In this document: positions 39,873-49,870 of the stretch, piece after piece
Layout of the letters: each line of letters opens with the position of its first letter
How positions within the stretch are numbered: position 1 is the stretch's first letter
Source: Candidatus Multivoradales bacterium
Lineage (GTDB): Bacteria; Acidobacteriota; Thermoanaerobaculia; Multivoradales; JAHEKO01
Reading direction: 5' to 3'
Assembly (NCBI GenBank): GCA_965223155.1
Contig: CBDCVR010000015.1
Span: 1,216,001 to 1,280,000 of the forward strand
DNA: 64,000 nt
Position numbers and translations under genes: made by a program
Notes under the pieces: model-generated
The model's database searches: none
Told to the model about the DNA's origin: nothing
The model's input: the letters and a program-made list of their open reading frames with translations, nothing else

Positions 39873-41828
39873 TCAAACGGTGAAGGTGTCGGCGAGGGCC
39901 TGAAGCTCTCGAGCCTGTCGGGTCAGGCTCTGGGTGGCCTGGGAGAGTTGTTCGCTGGTGGTCACGTTGCCGCGGGCGATCTGGGCGATGTGGTCGATGG
40001 CCTTGACCACCATGTCGCCGCCCCGCTTCTGCTCGGCCCCAGAGTGGGCGACCTGCTGGGTCATCTCGTTCATGCGTTCGACGGCGTTGAGGAGATCGCG
40101 GGCGCTGTCGGCCTGTTCCTTGGCCGAGGCGGCCACTTGCCGGGTGATCGCCTGCATGTTGCGAGACGTCTCCAGGATCTGGGCGGCACCGCCGCTCTGT
40201 TCCTGGGTGGCGATCGAGACCTCGCCGACCAGGCCGCGAGTCTTGGTCACCGAGTCGACGATCTCGGCCAGGATGTTGTGGATGAGCTCGACCGCCTCGC
40301 CAGTGTCGTTCTGCATGGTATCGACGAAGCGCGAGATGTCCCGCGTCGAGGCGACCGATTTTTCCGCCAGGCGCTTGACCTCCTCGGCGACCACCCCGAA
40401 ACCGCGCCCGGCGTCGCCCGCGCGCGCGGCTTCGATGGCCGCGTTGAGCGCCAACAGGTTGGTCTGGTCGGCAATCTCTTCGATGATCCGGACGATCTTG
40501 CTGATGTCGCCGGTCGAGGTCTCGATGCCTTCGATCACGCTGGAGAGGCGGTTGCCGGCGGTTTGCGCCGCCTCCGCTGATTCCTGGGAAACCCGATCCA
40601 CGACGTCGACCTTGCTGGCGATGGATGCGATCGAGGCGGTCATCTCCTCGATCGTGGCCGAGGTTTCCTCGACCGCCGCCATCAAGCTCTCGGAGTGCGA
40701 GGCCATCTCACCCGAGGACATGCTCATGATCTGAATCGAAGAAGCTGTCTGCTCGACGTTGCTGGCCAGGTTCTGCATCGAGTGGGCCACGGTGTCGATC
40801 TGGGCGGCGATCTCGACCATGGTCGAGGAGGTCTCCTCGGTCGCCGAGGACTGGCTCTCGGCTCCTTCGCTGATGGCATCGGCCGAGGACGAGATCTGGC
40901 CGGCCGCCGACTGCACCTGGTCGGACGAGGCCTTGAGCTTGCCCAGCATGCTCTGGAGGTTGCCGGCCATCTTCTGGAAGGCATGGCCGAAGCTGTCGTC
41001 CGCGGACCGCGGATCCACCTGCACCGTCAGGTCGCCATCGGCGATGGAGTCGGCCACGCCGGACATCTCGCGCAGGTAGTCGATCGAGCGCCTGAGCGAA
41101 CTCGTGAGCTGACCGACCTCGTCCACGGAAGTGGCGCGAAGCTCGGTGCGCAGGTCGCCGCGGGCGAGCTCTTCGGCGGCGCCGACGGCACGGGCCAGCG
41201 GCTTCGTCACCGAACGCACCGTCAGGTACGAAAGAGCGAAGAGCAATGCAAGGGCGGTTGCCAGAATGATCGAGAAGCGCAGGATCATCGAGCGGCTCTG
41301 CTCGCGCGCGCTCGAGATAGCCGCGCTCATTTCCCGCGACTGGTTCGTGCGCAGGCGGCTCAACCGGTTCTGGACGCGGCGGTAGGCTTTCGAGCTTTCC
41401 TCGAGGCGCGGCAGCACGTCCTCGCTGGCGCCGTCCTGGATGAGGGAAAGCGCCGCCTCGAGGCTGATCTCGTAGTAGGTCTGAAATTCGCGCCGGACGT
41501 TGGTTAGAAGATCGGTGTCGAGGGTCGGGTTGGCGGCGCCGGCGGCGCTCTTCTTCAGGAACTCGTCGCGGAGGCTTTCGGCTTCGGCCAGGCTGTCGGT
41601 GCTGACCGAGACCGCCGACTCGTCGAAGGCCCGCTGGATCTCGGCCAGGGTGTCGTTCAGGTCATGGCTGAGGCTCAGGGCCGGGAAGTAGCCCTCTTCG
41701 ACGCGGCCCATGAGCTCCGAGTTCTCGGTGCCCTCCCGGCTGGCCAGAACCCAAAGGGCGAGGAACGCGATTCCGGCAAGTGCCGGCAGCAGGATGATGC
41801 GACTTCGGATGTTGATTCCGCGGAACAT
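39873..41828 (-). CDS. methyl-accepting chemotaxis protein
   Basis: Two TM segments around a helical periplasmic domain, tandem HAMP-like regions, [32 protein letters not shown]. Confidence 0.95.
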   Translation of the reverse strand: MFRGINIRSRIILLPALAGIAFLALWVLASREGTENSELMGRVEEGYFPALSLSHDLNDTLAEIQRAFDESAVSVSTDSLAEAESLRDEFLKKSAAGAANPTLDTDLLTNVRREFQTYYEISLEAALSLIQDGASEDVLPRLEESSKAYRRVQNRLSRLRTNQSREMSAAISSAREQSRSMILRFSIILATALALLFALSYLTVRSVTKPLARAVGAAEELARGDLRTELRATSVDEVGQLTSSLRRSIDYLREMSGVADSIADGDLTVQVDPRSADDSFGHAFQKMAGNLQSMLGKLKASSDQVQSAAGQISSSADAISEGAESQSSATEETSSTMVEIAAQIDTVAHSMQNLASNVEQTASSIQIMSMSSGEMASHSESLMAAVEETSATIEEMTASIASIASKVDVVDRVSQESAEAAQTAGNRLSSVIEGIETSTGDISKIVRIIEEIADQTNLLALNAAIEAARAGDAGRGFGVVAEEVKRLAEKSVASTRDISRFVDTMQNDTGEAVELIHNILAEIVDSVTKTRGLVGEVSIATQEQSGGAAQILETSRNMQAITRQVAASAKEQADSARDLLNAVERMNEMTQQVAHSGAEQKRGGDMVVKAIDHIAQIARGNVTTSEQLSQATQSLTRQARELQALADTFTV

Positions 41829-41845
41829 GTCGGGTGCCTCCGGGG

Positions 41846-42382
41846 TTAGTCTTTGGCGGGGGAGTCGGAGTCCTTGAAAAGACGCTCGGCGTCGAGCAGG
41901 ACGAGCTCGGTGCCACGGCCGAGGGAGTACCCGCCCAGGCCGTACGGGCCGAGAGCGTGGCCGTCGGCAAGCTCGTGAATCTTCTCGCGCGGGACCTTCT
42001 CGATACCTCGAGCCTGGTCCACCAGGAGGCCGACCGGCGCAGTGCCGGCCAGAAACACCACGATCCGGCTCTCGGGCGTGGATGCCTGGCGCGCGAGCCC
42101 CAGGTGCCGGCGGAAGTCCACCACCGGCAGGGCCCGGCCGCGAAGGTTCATGACGCCATCGACCGAGTCGGGCGTTCCCGGAACCGCGGTGACGCGGGCC
42201 GGGCGCAGGATCTCGCGGACGTGAGTCACCGGCAGACCGGCTTCGTAGCGGTCCAGGCCGAAGACGACCCAGGTCTCGAAGGTGAGCCGTTCTTCCGGCT
42301 TCTCCTCACCCTCGGCGCGTAGCCGCTCGGCGAAGGCCAGGATCGCATGGGCGCCGTCTTGCGCCGGTCCGGGGGAGCTCAT
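41846..42382 (-). CDS. cheW: CheW adaptor
   Basis: VREIL...T.VP.....V.GVMNLRG..LPVVD, VGLLVD; TAATG overlap with the cheA stop. Confidence 0.92.
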   Translation of the reverse strand: MSSPGPAQDGAHAILAFAERLRAEGEEKPEERLTFETWVVFGLDRYEAGLPVTHVREILRPARVTAVPGTPDSVDGVMNLRGRALPVVDFRRHLGLARQASTPESRIVVFLAGTAPVGLLVDQARGIEKVPREKIHELADGHALGPYGLGGYSLGRGTELVLLDAERLFKDSDSPAKD

Positions 42383-43989
42383 TAGTGAATCTCGGTGCCG
42401 GGAGTGCCGGTGTTGGGAGCGGCCGAGGTCGAGGTCAGCTGTGGCGGGTCCAGGATCAGGACCACTCGGCCGTTGCCCAAGACGGTGGAGCCCGCGATGC
42501 CCTTGGGCCGGCCCAGGACGCCGTCCAGAGGGCGGACCACGATCTCCTGGAGCTCGCCCAGGGCATCGACCAGGACCCGGCGCCGGCGCCCGTCCGCCTC
42601 CACCGTGACGAAATACTCCGGGGCCGAGCGGCCGCCGCTCCGCCTGTCGCTCCGCCCGCCGCCCCGGACAAGGCCCAGATAGCTTCCCAGATGGAGGGCG
42701 TCGTCGGGCTTGCCCACGTCCGTTGAGCCGGGTGAATCAGGCGAGCCGGCCAGAGCCGGCGCATCGGGACCGGTCTCCCGGATGGCCGCGACCGGCACGG
42801 CGAAGTGCTCACCGCCGGTCTCCACGAGGAGCGCGTTGGTAATGGCGACCGTGAGCGGTAGGCGCAAGCTGAAGCAGCTGCCCATGCCCGGCACCGTGGC
42901 CACTTCGATGTCGCCGCCGCGGCCGTGGACCGCGGTCAAGACCGCGGCCATGCCCACGCCCCGGCCGGACGAGCGGTCGGCGTCCTCGCGAGTCGAGAGC
43001 CCTTGGTGGAAGAGCAAGGCGTGGACGTCCTGGAGCTGGGCGGTGTCGATGCCGGCGCGCTTTGCGGCCGCGCGCAGCCCGGCCTCGTCGATGCCGGCGC
43101 CGTCGTCGTAGACGTCGATGACGACACTGCCTTCCTTGAGCGCGGCTTGGATGAGGACGGATCCCGCGTCCGGCTTGCCGGCGGCGCGGCGGTCGTCGGC
43201 GGCCTCGATGCCGTGGACGACGGCGTTGCGAACGATGTGGCCGAGGGTGTCGCTGGCAAGATCCGTAAGCGCGGTGTCGAGCGGCGTTTCACCGCCCGAG
43301 GTCTTCAGATGCACGGTCTTGCCCTGCTCGGCGGCCTCGTCGTGCACCAGCCGTTGCAGACGGTCGAAGATGGGCTGCAACGGCACCATGCGGAGAGCCT
43401 GGATCTGGTGTTGGAGAGACTCCAGAATCGCGTCGAGCTCGCGCCGGGCGTCGTCCAGCCGGCGCCAGGCGGCGGCGAAGTCTTCCTCGCGGCGGGCCTC
43501 GTCCGGAATTCGCTTGGCGACCCCGTAGAGGCGGTCGGCGAGCGTGTGGCGGGCGACCACCAGCTCGGCGGTCCCGGCGTGAAGCCGATCCAGGGCCTCG
43601 AGCGCCACCCGGGTCGATCGCCGCTCGTCGAGCCCGGCCCCGCCGCCATCGGCGGCGGTTTCTCCTGTCGTCGAGGAGCCGGCGGCCTGGGCCAGAAGCT
43701 CGCGAAACCGGTCCACGTCTTCGAGCAACGGCGCCAGCCGCGGTTCGGCCGGGTCGATCCTCTCGACCCGGTCTTCGAGCGCGTGGGCGAGCTCTTGGAG
43801 ATCGGCAAGCCCCATCATCCCGGAATTTCCCTTGAGCGTGTGGAGCTCGCGCCGGACCTCTTCGAGGACCGCCTCGCGCTCCTGTCGGGAGCCGGCCTCG
43901 AGGCCCAGAAAGCCGTCCTCGATGCGGTCGAGACGGTCCTGGGCCTCGAGCACGAAGTCGCCTAGAAGCTCTTGGAGTTCTTCGTTCAT
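42382..43989 (-). CDS. cheA: chemotaxis histidine kinase (compact, no P2 domain)
   Basis: Hpt HTLKG; LRMVPL; H.VRNAV.HGIE; DDGAG; SGRGVGM; C-terminal CheW-like domain. Confidence 0.93.
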   Translation of the reverse strand: MNEELQELLGDFVLEAQDRLDRIEDGFLGLEAGSRQEREAVLEEVRRELHTLKGNSGMMGLADLQELAHALEDRVERIDPAEPRLAPLLEDVDRFRELLAQAAGSSTTGETAADGGGAGLDERRSTRVALEALDRLHAGTAELVVARHTLADRLYGVAKRIPDEARREEDFAAAWRRLDDARRELDAILESLQHQIQALRMVPLQPIFDRLQRLVHDEAAEQGKTVHLKTSGGETPLDTALTDLASDTLGHIVRNAVVHGIEAADDRRAAGKPDAGSVLIQAALKEGSVVIDVYDDGAGIDEAGLRAAAKRAGIDTAQLQDVHALLFHQGLSTREDADRSSGRGVGMAAVLTAVHGRGGDIEVATVPGMGSCFSLRLPLTVAITNALLVETGGEHFAVPVAAIRETGPDAPALAGSPDSPGSTDVGKPDDALHLGSYLGLVRGGGRSDRRSGGRSAPEYFVTVEADGRRRRVLVDALGELQEIVVRPLDGVLGRPKGIAGSTVLGNGRVVLILDPPQLTSTSAAPNTGTPGTEIH

Positions 43990-44221
43990 GACCGTGGCTG
44001 GGAAACCTCGATGAGGGTGCCGAAGCGCCGGTCTATTTGGCCGGTAGGACCCTGCAACTGTCTATGAACAAGGCCACATTTTCCCCGGGTGCGCCGAATT
44101 ACGGATTTTGTGAAATCCTTCGCATACCAAGGACGTTTCCGCTTGTACGATCGAAAGCCGCTGCCCGGCGCGGCCCCCGCCTTGCGCGTCTAGCCTTCCG
44201 CCGCCTGAAGAGGAGTTGGTC

Positions 44222-44605
44222 ATGGACCCCAAGAAGATTCTGATCGTGGACGATTCCAAGCTGATCCACAAGATGTTCGACGTCATGCTGCGGGCGCACC
44301 AACTGGTCCACGCGGAGGACGGACTCGAGGGTCTGCAGAAGCTGGGCGAGCACGCCGACATCGACATCGTCTTGCTCGATATCAACATGCCGCGGATGAA
44401 CGGATTGGAGTTTCTCGAAGAGTTGGGCAACAACCCGGCTCTTTCCGGGATCCCAGTGGTCATCGTCAGCACCGAAGGCAAGGACGAGGACACCGAGCGC
44501 GCGCTCGCGGCCGGCGCCTCGGCCTACATCACCAAGCCTTTCCAGAGCGACAGCATCCTCGGAATCGTGGATCGTTTGACGGGGAATGCTACCGCGGGTG
44601 ATTGA
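44222..44605 (+). CDS. single-domain response regulator (CheY-like)
   Basis: ILIVDDS, LLDINMP, VST, TKPF; AGGAG RBS. Confidence 0.92.
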   Translation: MDPKKILIVDDSKLIHKMFDVMLRAHQLVHAEDGLEGLQKLGEHADIDIVLLDINMPRMNGLEFLEELGNNPALSGIPVVIVSTEGKDEDTERALAAGASAYITKPFQSDSILGIVDRLTGNATAGD

Positions 44606-44608
44606 GTC

Positions 44609-45340
44609 GTGGCGGACCAAGAGCTAAAAAGCGTCGTTGCCGAGCTCCAAGTCACCTTGGATCGAGCCGGGAAGCTGCTCGGCGTCTTGCAGGAACGGGT
44701 GCCGCCCGAGCCCGGATCCGAGGCCGGCTCCGATCCGTCGGAGCAGGTCTCGCATCTGCGCGAGAGCCTGGCTTCTGCCGAACAAGACATGACCGAGCTC
44801 TCGGCCCGGTTGGTGGACACCGAGAATCAGCGCGGCCGGCTCATGAACCTCTATGTCGCCACCTATCAGCTTCACGCCACCCTCGACGTGGAGGAAGTGA
44901 CCACGACGATTGCCGAGATCTCGAGAGACCTCGTGGGGGCCGAGAAATTCGTGCTGGTGTTGAAAGACGAAGAGCGTGGCGGCTGCGAGGTAGCCCTGGC
45001 TCAGGGGCTCGACCGGGACGACGTTCTGTTTAACTCCCATCGCTACGACGGCGGAGATCCGATGGTGGATCAAACGCTGGACGACGGCGTGCTGCGCATG
45101 GAACCGAGCGACGACGGCCAGGCGCTGGCGGTCGTGCCGCTCACGGTCCAGGGCGCCATCGTCGGCGCGGTCGTGGTCTTGAAGCTCTTCGATCACAAGC
45201 CGTACTTCACACCCGACGACCGGGACATCCTGGATCTGCTGGCCGCGCACGCCGCCTCGGCGCTCTTGGCGGCGCGCATGTATTCGGCGACCGACCGGAA
45301 GCTGAAGACGCTGGAGAACCTGGTCAAGCTGGTCCGCTAG
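44609..45340 (+). CDS. coiled-coil plus GAF-domain protein
   Basis: Helical N-terminus then LHATLD, VVPL.V.G..VG......F...D..IL.LLA.HAA.AL..ARMY. Confidence 0.8.
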   Translation: MADQELKSVVAELQVTLDRAGKLLGVLQERVPPEPGSEAGSDPSEQVSHLRESLASAEQDMTELSARLVDTENQRGRLMNLYVATYQLHATLDVEEVTTTIAEISRDLVGAEKFVLVLKDEERGGCEVALAQGLDRDDVLFNSHRYDGGDPMVDQTLDDGVLRMEPSDDGQALAVVPLTVQGAIVGAVVVLKLFDHKPYFTPDDRDILDLLAAHAASALLAARMYSATDRKLKTLENLVKLVR

Positions 45341-45349
45341 CCGAGCCCG

Positions 45350-47038
45350 ATGAGCATTTCCGGCAACCTGCTCGACGTCTCGGTGGCGGATGTCATGCAG
45401 TTCATCCACCTGGGCGGCCGCACCGGGACCTTGGTGCTGGAGTCGGGAGCCCGGCGCGCCGAGATCGGCTTCCACCGGGGTCGCATCATCAGCGCCTGGA
45501 CCCCCGACGCCAAGCGCCTCGGGCAGCTCCTGCTGGACGCGGGCCTGGTCGACGACGCCAGGCTGGAGCGGGCCATCGCCCGGCAGAACGAAGAGGTGCC
45601 GCGGGTCTCCCTGGGCAAGATCCTGGTGGAGATGGACTGCGTCACCCGGGAGGAGCTGCGCGACGCGGTCGCCGAGCAGATCGAGAAGACGATCTACGAC
45701 CTCGTTACCTGGCGGGCGGGCCAGTTCGACTTCGCTCTCGACGAGCTGCGGCCCGTTGACGACATCGCCGTCTATCCGGGCGACATCCTGCCCGACATCA
45801 ACCTCAATACCCAGATCGTGGTGCTGGAGGCGCTGAGGATCTTCGACGAGAAGAACCGGGACAGAGCGGTCGAGCCCAGTGCGGCCGAACCGGGCGCGGA
45901 CGCAACCGATGAGCTTGAGATCGAAGGCGCCGAGGCCGCAACCCCGGAGGCACCGGACTCCGAGTCGCGCTCTGGCGACGGCTCCGAAGCCGAGACCAGC
46001 GAGATCCAAGTCGTGGACCCCGAGCGGCTCGAAGGCGAGGAGGTTCTGGAGGATCTGGCTAACGAGACTTCCGAGATCCTGTCCGAAGAGATCGATCGGT
46101 GGACGCAGGACGAGACCGAGCAGATGGTCAGCACCCGCCTTCAGGTCATCAGTGAGGATCGCGAGATGATCGACCGATTGCGCTCGGGCTTTGCCGGCGA
46201 TGACGTCGCCATTGCCGAAGTGAAGCTTTGGGACGCCGGACTGACCCTGCCCGGAGAGCTGCCGCCGGTGGTGCTCCTCGACATGCGCCACAGCGGCGTC
46301 GAGCTTCAGGACATCGAGTCGTTTTGCCGGAGTCGCGCTCACGCGGCGATCTTGGCGATCGCCGACGGACCGGCGGCTCTCAGCAGGCTCTACGAGGCGG
46401 GCGCGCTGGCCGCGCTTCTACCCGACCCGGAGGCGGTGTTCTCCTGCCTGTCGAGCGTGCTCCGCAGCCGCGGCGGCCGGACCGAGATGCTCGGAGCACT
46501 CCACGGAACCAGCGCCGGCTTCGCCAAGCTCCGGAGGGTCGTGGCCGATCTGCGCTCCGGCCTGCTGTCCGCCACCGTTGCGCTAAACCTCATGCAGGTG
46601 ATCTCGGAATCGGTCGAACGGGCGATCATGTTCGTCGTCCGCCGCGATCGGCTGCAAGCGCTGGGCGCCTTCGGCGCCGATCCCAACGGCCGGCCGCTTG
46701 CCGACGCCACCCACGAGCTGACGGTTCCGTTGGTGGATCGGAACGCCTTGTGCGAGGCGATCAACGACGGCCAGACACGCTCGCTGCGCTTCGACGAAGC
46801 CGGTCTTCCCGAAGAGTTTGTCGAGCGCATCGGCCGGCCGCGAACCGGCCAGATCGTGCTCTTTCCGGTGATGGGAAGCAGCCAGGTGAATTCGGTCGTG
46901 TACACCGACAACGGTCCGCTCAGCCGGGAGATCGGCGAGATCGAGATCCTGGAACTGGCCGCCGCGCAGGTCGGCGTTGCCTTCGAAAACGAGATGCTGC
47001 GCCGCAAGATGGCGCGCCTGGACCGGAGTGGAGCGTGA
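45350..47038 (+). CDS. DUF4388/PATAN-like protein with MshEN-like motif, degenerate receiver-like region and C-terminal GAF-like domain
   Basis: ISGNL.D.SV.DVMQFI....RTG.L; RLGQLLLDAGLV; W..GQF.F; acidic linker; VYTDN...LELAA.QVG.AFEN. Confidence 0.78.
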   Translation: MSISGNLLDVSVADVMQFIHLGGRTGTLVLESGARRAEIGFHRGRIISAWTPDAKRLGQLLLDAGLVDDARLERAIARQNEEVPRVSLGKILVEMDCVTREELRDAVAEQIEKTIYDLVTWRAGQFDFALDELRPVDDIAVYPGDILPDINLNTQIVVLEALRIFDEKNRDRAVEPSAAEPGADATDELEIEGAEAATPEAPDSESRSGDGSEAETSEIQVVDPERLEGEEVLEDLANETSEILSEEIDRWTQDETEQMVSTRLQVISEDREMIDRLRSGFAGDDVAIAEVKLWDAGLTLPGELPPVVLLDMRHSGVELQDIESFCRSRAHAAILAIADGPAALSRLYEAGALAALLPDPEAVFSCLSSVLRSRGGRTEMLGALHGTSAGFAKLRRVVADLRSGLLSATVALNLMQVISESVERAIMFVVRRDRLQALGAFGADPNGRPLADATHELTVPLVDRNALCEAINDGQTRSLRFDEAGLPEEFVERIGRPRTGQIVLFPVMGSSQVNSVVYTDNGPLSREIGEIEILELAAAQVGVAFENEMLRRKMARLDRSGA

Positions 47039-47107
47039 GGGTTCGAAGTGGAAAGTGCTATCCTTATCGGAACTTAGCAAGAGTTGCGAGACTCGGAGGA
47101 ATTTGTG

Positions 47108-47620
47108 ATGACTAGAGGCAAGATTCGGATCGCGATGGCCATGGCCCTGTCTTTGGCGGTCGTGTTGCCCGCGCTCGGCGCGGTCTACCAGGTCGAGCTC
47201 ACTTCGGGCTCCAAGTTCGAAAGCCGCTATCGGCCCACCCAGAGTGCGTCGGACGATAACAAGATTCTGCTCCTGACCGAGACCGGCAACTGGATCGCTC
47301 TGCCCAAGGACGCGGTCAAGTCGATCACGACCGACACCGAGACGCGCGGTTTCGGCACCGTCCTGGACGATCAGACCATCGCTCTGGGCTTTACCGCGGG
47401 CGGCGCCTCCGTCACCGTGACGGATGGCGAGGGTGAAGCAGCGGCCGAGGATCCCACCACGCGCCTTATCAACTTCCTGCGCGAGCAGAATCAGACGCCG
47501 GCCCCGGTCGTGTACAACAACGACTTGGTGGTCGAGCCGGAGCAGTCCGGAGGCATTCCGGTCTGGATGTCCAACCAGCAGACGGCCCCGATCGGCAACA
47601 CACAGGGCCGCAACCAGTAG
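47108..47620 (+). CDS. hypothetical exported protein
   Basis: Signal peptide (IAMAMALSLAVVLPALG), GGAGG RBS, no recognised domain. Confidence 0.72.
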   Translation: MTRGKIRIAMAMALSLAVVLPALGAVYQVELTSGSKFESRYRPTQSASDDNKILLLTETGNWIALPKDAVKSITTDTETRGFGTVLDDQTIALGFTAGGASVTVTDGEGEAAAEDPTTRLINFLREQNQTPAPVVYNNDLVVEPEQSGGIPVWMSNQQTAPIGNTQGRNQ

Positions 47621-47684
47621 ACTCTGAATCGTCGGCGGCCGGACCGCCGGCTTGGGCTCCGATCATCTCGGAGCGTTGACAACT

Positions 47685-47878
47685 GACGTCCCGCGGTGAC
47701 CCGTTCTCGGGTCGGGGCGCTTTGGCGCTCCAGGGAAGCCGGTGTGATGCCGGCACGGTCCCCGCCACTGTAACCGGGTACGAAACCGGCATTAGCCACT
47801 GCGCGAGCGCATCGTGAGAGCGTTCTCGTGGGAAGGGCCGGAAGTAGGACGATCCGGGAGTCAGGAGACCTGTCGCGC
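47685..47878 (+). ncRNA. cobalamin riboswitch
   Basis: AGGGAAGCCGGTG, CCCGCCACTGT, GCCACTG, GGGAAG and B12-box GAGTCAGGAGACCTG upstream of a TonB receptor plus ABC operon; boundaries approximate. Confidence 0.93.
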
Positions 47879-47986
47879 GGACAGAACTCGATCCTCTCTT
47901 GGAGGATCCGAACCCCCGGGGTCTGGGGCGGCTGGGATTCGCCGCGCGAATCGAGCTTGCCCGCAGATGGGGTGAGAGGAGATTCG

Positions 47987-49870
47987 ATGCGGAAACCATG
48001 GATAGCCGCCCTGACGGCGGCTCGGACGACGGCCCTGGCCCTGGCTCTGGGCCTGGCGCTGGGCATAATCGGCCTGGCCGGAAGCCTAGCTCCGGCCGCG
48101 GCTCAGGCGGCTTGGCCCGAGGACGACCCGGCGCTGGTTCATGACCAGCTCGTCGTCACCGGCGTGCTCGAGACCGAAGCAGCAAGCCGCCTTGCCGGCG
48201 CGATCGAGATCGTGGACGGCGAGGAGCTGGAGTTCCGCCAGGCGACGTCGATCGCCGACGGTCTGCGCACGGCTGCCGGGCTGGACGTGGTTCGGTCCGG
48301 CTCGCCCGGCAAGGTGACCTCGGTCTTTTCCCGCGGCACCGAGTCGGACCACGTGCTCGTCCTCTGGAACGGCGTCGAGCTCAACAACCCCTACTTCGGG
48401 GGCTTCGATTGGGCCTTCCTGCCCACCGAGGGCGTGGACCGTATCGAGCTCGCCCGCGGTCCTTACAGCGCGCTCTACGGCGCCGACGCCCTGGGAGGTG
48501 TCGTCAACGTGGTCTCCTCGGCCGGTGACGGCGGCTCCTTACGGTTGGAGCTGGGCGAAGACGGCTACCGGCGGGCGGCGCTCGTCGCCGGCGGCGGGGG
48601 AGACAAGGCTGGCTATCAGCTCTCCGGGCACCTGTTGCGCTCGGACGGTCTCGAGGTCAACGACTTTCTGGACGGCGCCGAGCTGGCCGGCCGGGGCTTT
48701 CGGGACCTTGCCGGCGGTTCCAGCCTGGCGCTTCTGGTGCGCGTCAACGACTCGGACTTGGGCATTCCGCGCTCGGCCGGTCTGCCGTCGCCGAACCGCA
48801 CGGTCGCTTGGCGGGAATCCCAGGTCGCGGTGCCGTGGACCTGGACCCGGTCTCGCTGGAGCCTTCGAGGCGAGGCTTCCCGGGTCGAGCTTGAGTCGAG
48901 TTTTCGCGACCCGGACGACGCCTTCGGCTTCACCGCTTCCGATACCCGTTCGCGAGTCCATCGCCTGCGCGCGCAGGCGACGCGCCGGTTCGGACACCAC
49001 GGCTGGCTCGCGGCAGGGGTCGAGCGCGAAGACGCGGAGGTCGATGACCGGTCGTCCTTCGGAGTCAATCTGACCGATGCCTCCCGCGAGACCCGGTCGG
49101 TCTTCGCCCAGGCGCTGGTCGAGCTCTCGGGAGCGAGCCTGGATCTAGGCGTGCGGCATGACGACTTCGACCAGTTCGGGAGCCGCTGGACTCCCAAGGT
49201 TTCGCTGGCGTGGAGCGCCGCGGGCGGCCGGATCTGGGCTTCCTACGGCGAGGGGTTTCGCGCGCCCTCGGTGGGCGAGCTCTTGTTTCCTTTCTCCGGC
49301 AACCGCGAGCTCCGGCCCGAGGACTCGACCTCCTACGAGCTCGGCTACCGGCGCCGGGCCGGGCGTTGGAACGCTTCGATCGCGACCTACGAAAACCGTC
49401 TCCGGGACCTGATCGATTTCGACCTGGTGGCGTTTCGCAATGTCAACGTCTCCCGCGCGCGCACGCGCGGCGTCGAGGCCGGTGTGGGATTCGAGTCGGC
49501 GCGGACCCGGTTCAAACTGCGCGCGAGCACGCTCGACGCCGAGGACGAGACGACGGGTCTCGAGCTGCTGCGCCGGCCGGAGACGCGGGCTTCGGTGGTG
49601 GCAAGCCGCGTCCTCGACAGATCGACCTGGACGGCTACCGGCTTCTACGTCGGGGAGCGGCCGGACGTCGATCCTGCCCTCTTTACGCGCCGCCGCAACC
49701 CGTCCTATGTCCGCGTGGACCTGGCCTTCGAGTGGCGCGGCCGAAAACGGGTGACGCCCTACGGCCGGATCGAGAACCTGTTCGATGAGACCTACCAGGA
49801 GGCGCTGGGCTTTCCAGCGCCGGGGCGTTCCGGCAGCGCCGGAGTGCGGATCGGTTGGGGAGGATCGTGA
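47987..49870 (+). CDS. btuB: TonB-dependent cobalamin receptor
   Basis: SVFSRGTESDHVLVL.NG, DRIELARGP.SALYGADALGGVVN, IENLFDETYQ...G..PGR; follows the B12 riboswitch. Confidence 0.88.
   Translation: MRKPWIAALTAARTTALALALGLALGIIGLAGSLAPAAAQAAWPEDDPALVHDQLVVTGVLETEAASRLAGAIEIVDGEELEFRQATSIADGLRTAAGLDVVRSGSPGKVTSVFSRGTESDHVLVLWNGVELNNPYFGGFDWAFLPTEGVDRIELARGPYSALYGADALGGVVNVVSSAGDGGSLRLELGEDGYRRAALVAGGGGDKAGYQLSGHLLRSDGLEVNDFLDGAELAGRGFRDLAGGSSLALLVRVNDSDLGIPRSAGLPSPNRTVAWRESQVAVPWTWTRSRWSLRGEASRVELESSFRDPDDAFGFTASDTRSRVHRLRAQATRRFGHHGWLAAGVEREDAEVDDRSSFGVNLTDASRETRSVFAQALVELSGASLDLGVRHDDFDQFGSRWTPKVSLAWSAAGGRIWASYGEGFRAPSVGELLFPFSGNRELRPEDSTSYELGYRRRAGRWNASIATYENRLRDLIDFDLVAFRNVNVSRARTRGVEAGVGFESARTRFKLRASTLDAEDETTGLELLRRPETRASVVASRVLDRSTWTATGFYVGERPDVDPALFTRRRNPSYVRVDLAFEWRGRKRVTPYGRIENLFDETYQEALGFPAPGRSGSAGVRIGWGGS

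Noticed and set aside
35721-47038. Possible genomic island integrated at the tRNA-Arg(CCG) 3' end carrying the che cluster
   Set aside because: No integrase, no duplicated tRNA 3' end found by eye, and no obvious compositional shift.
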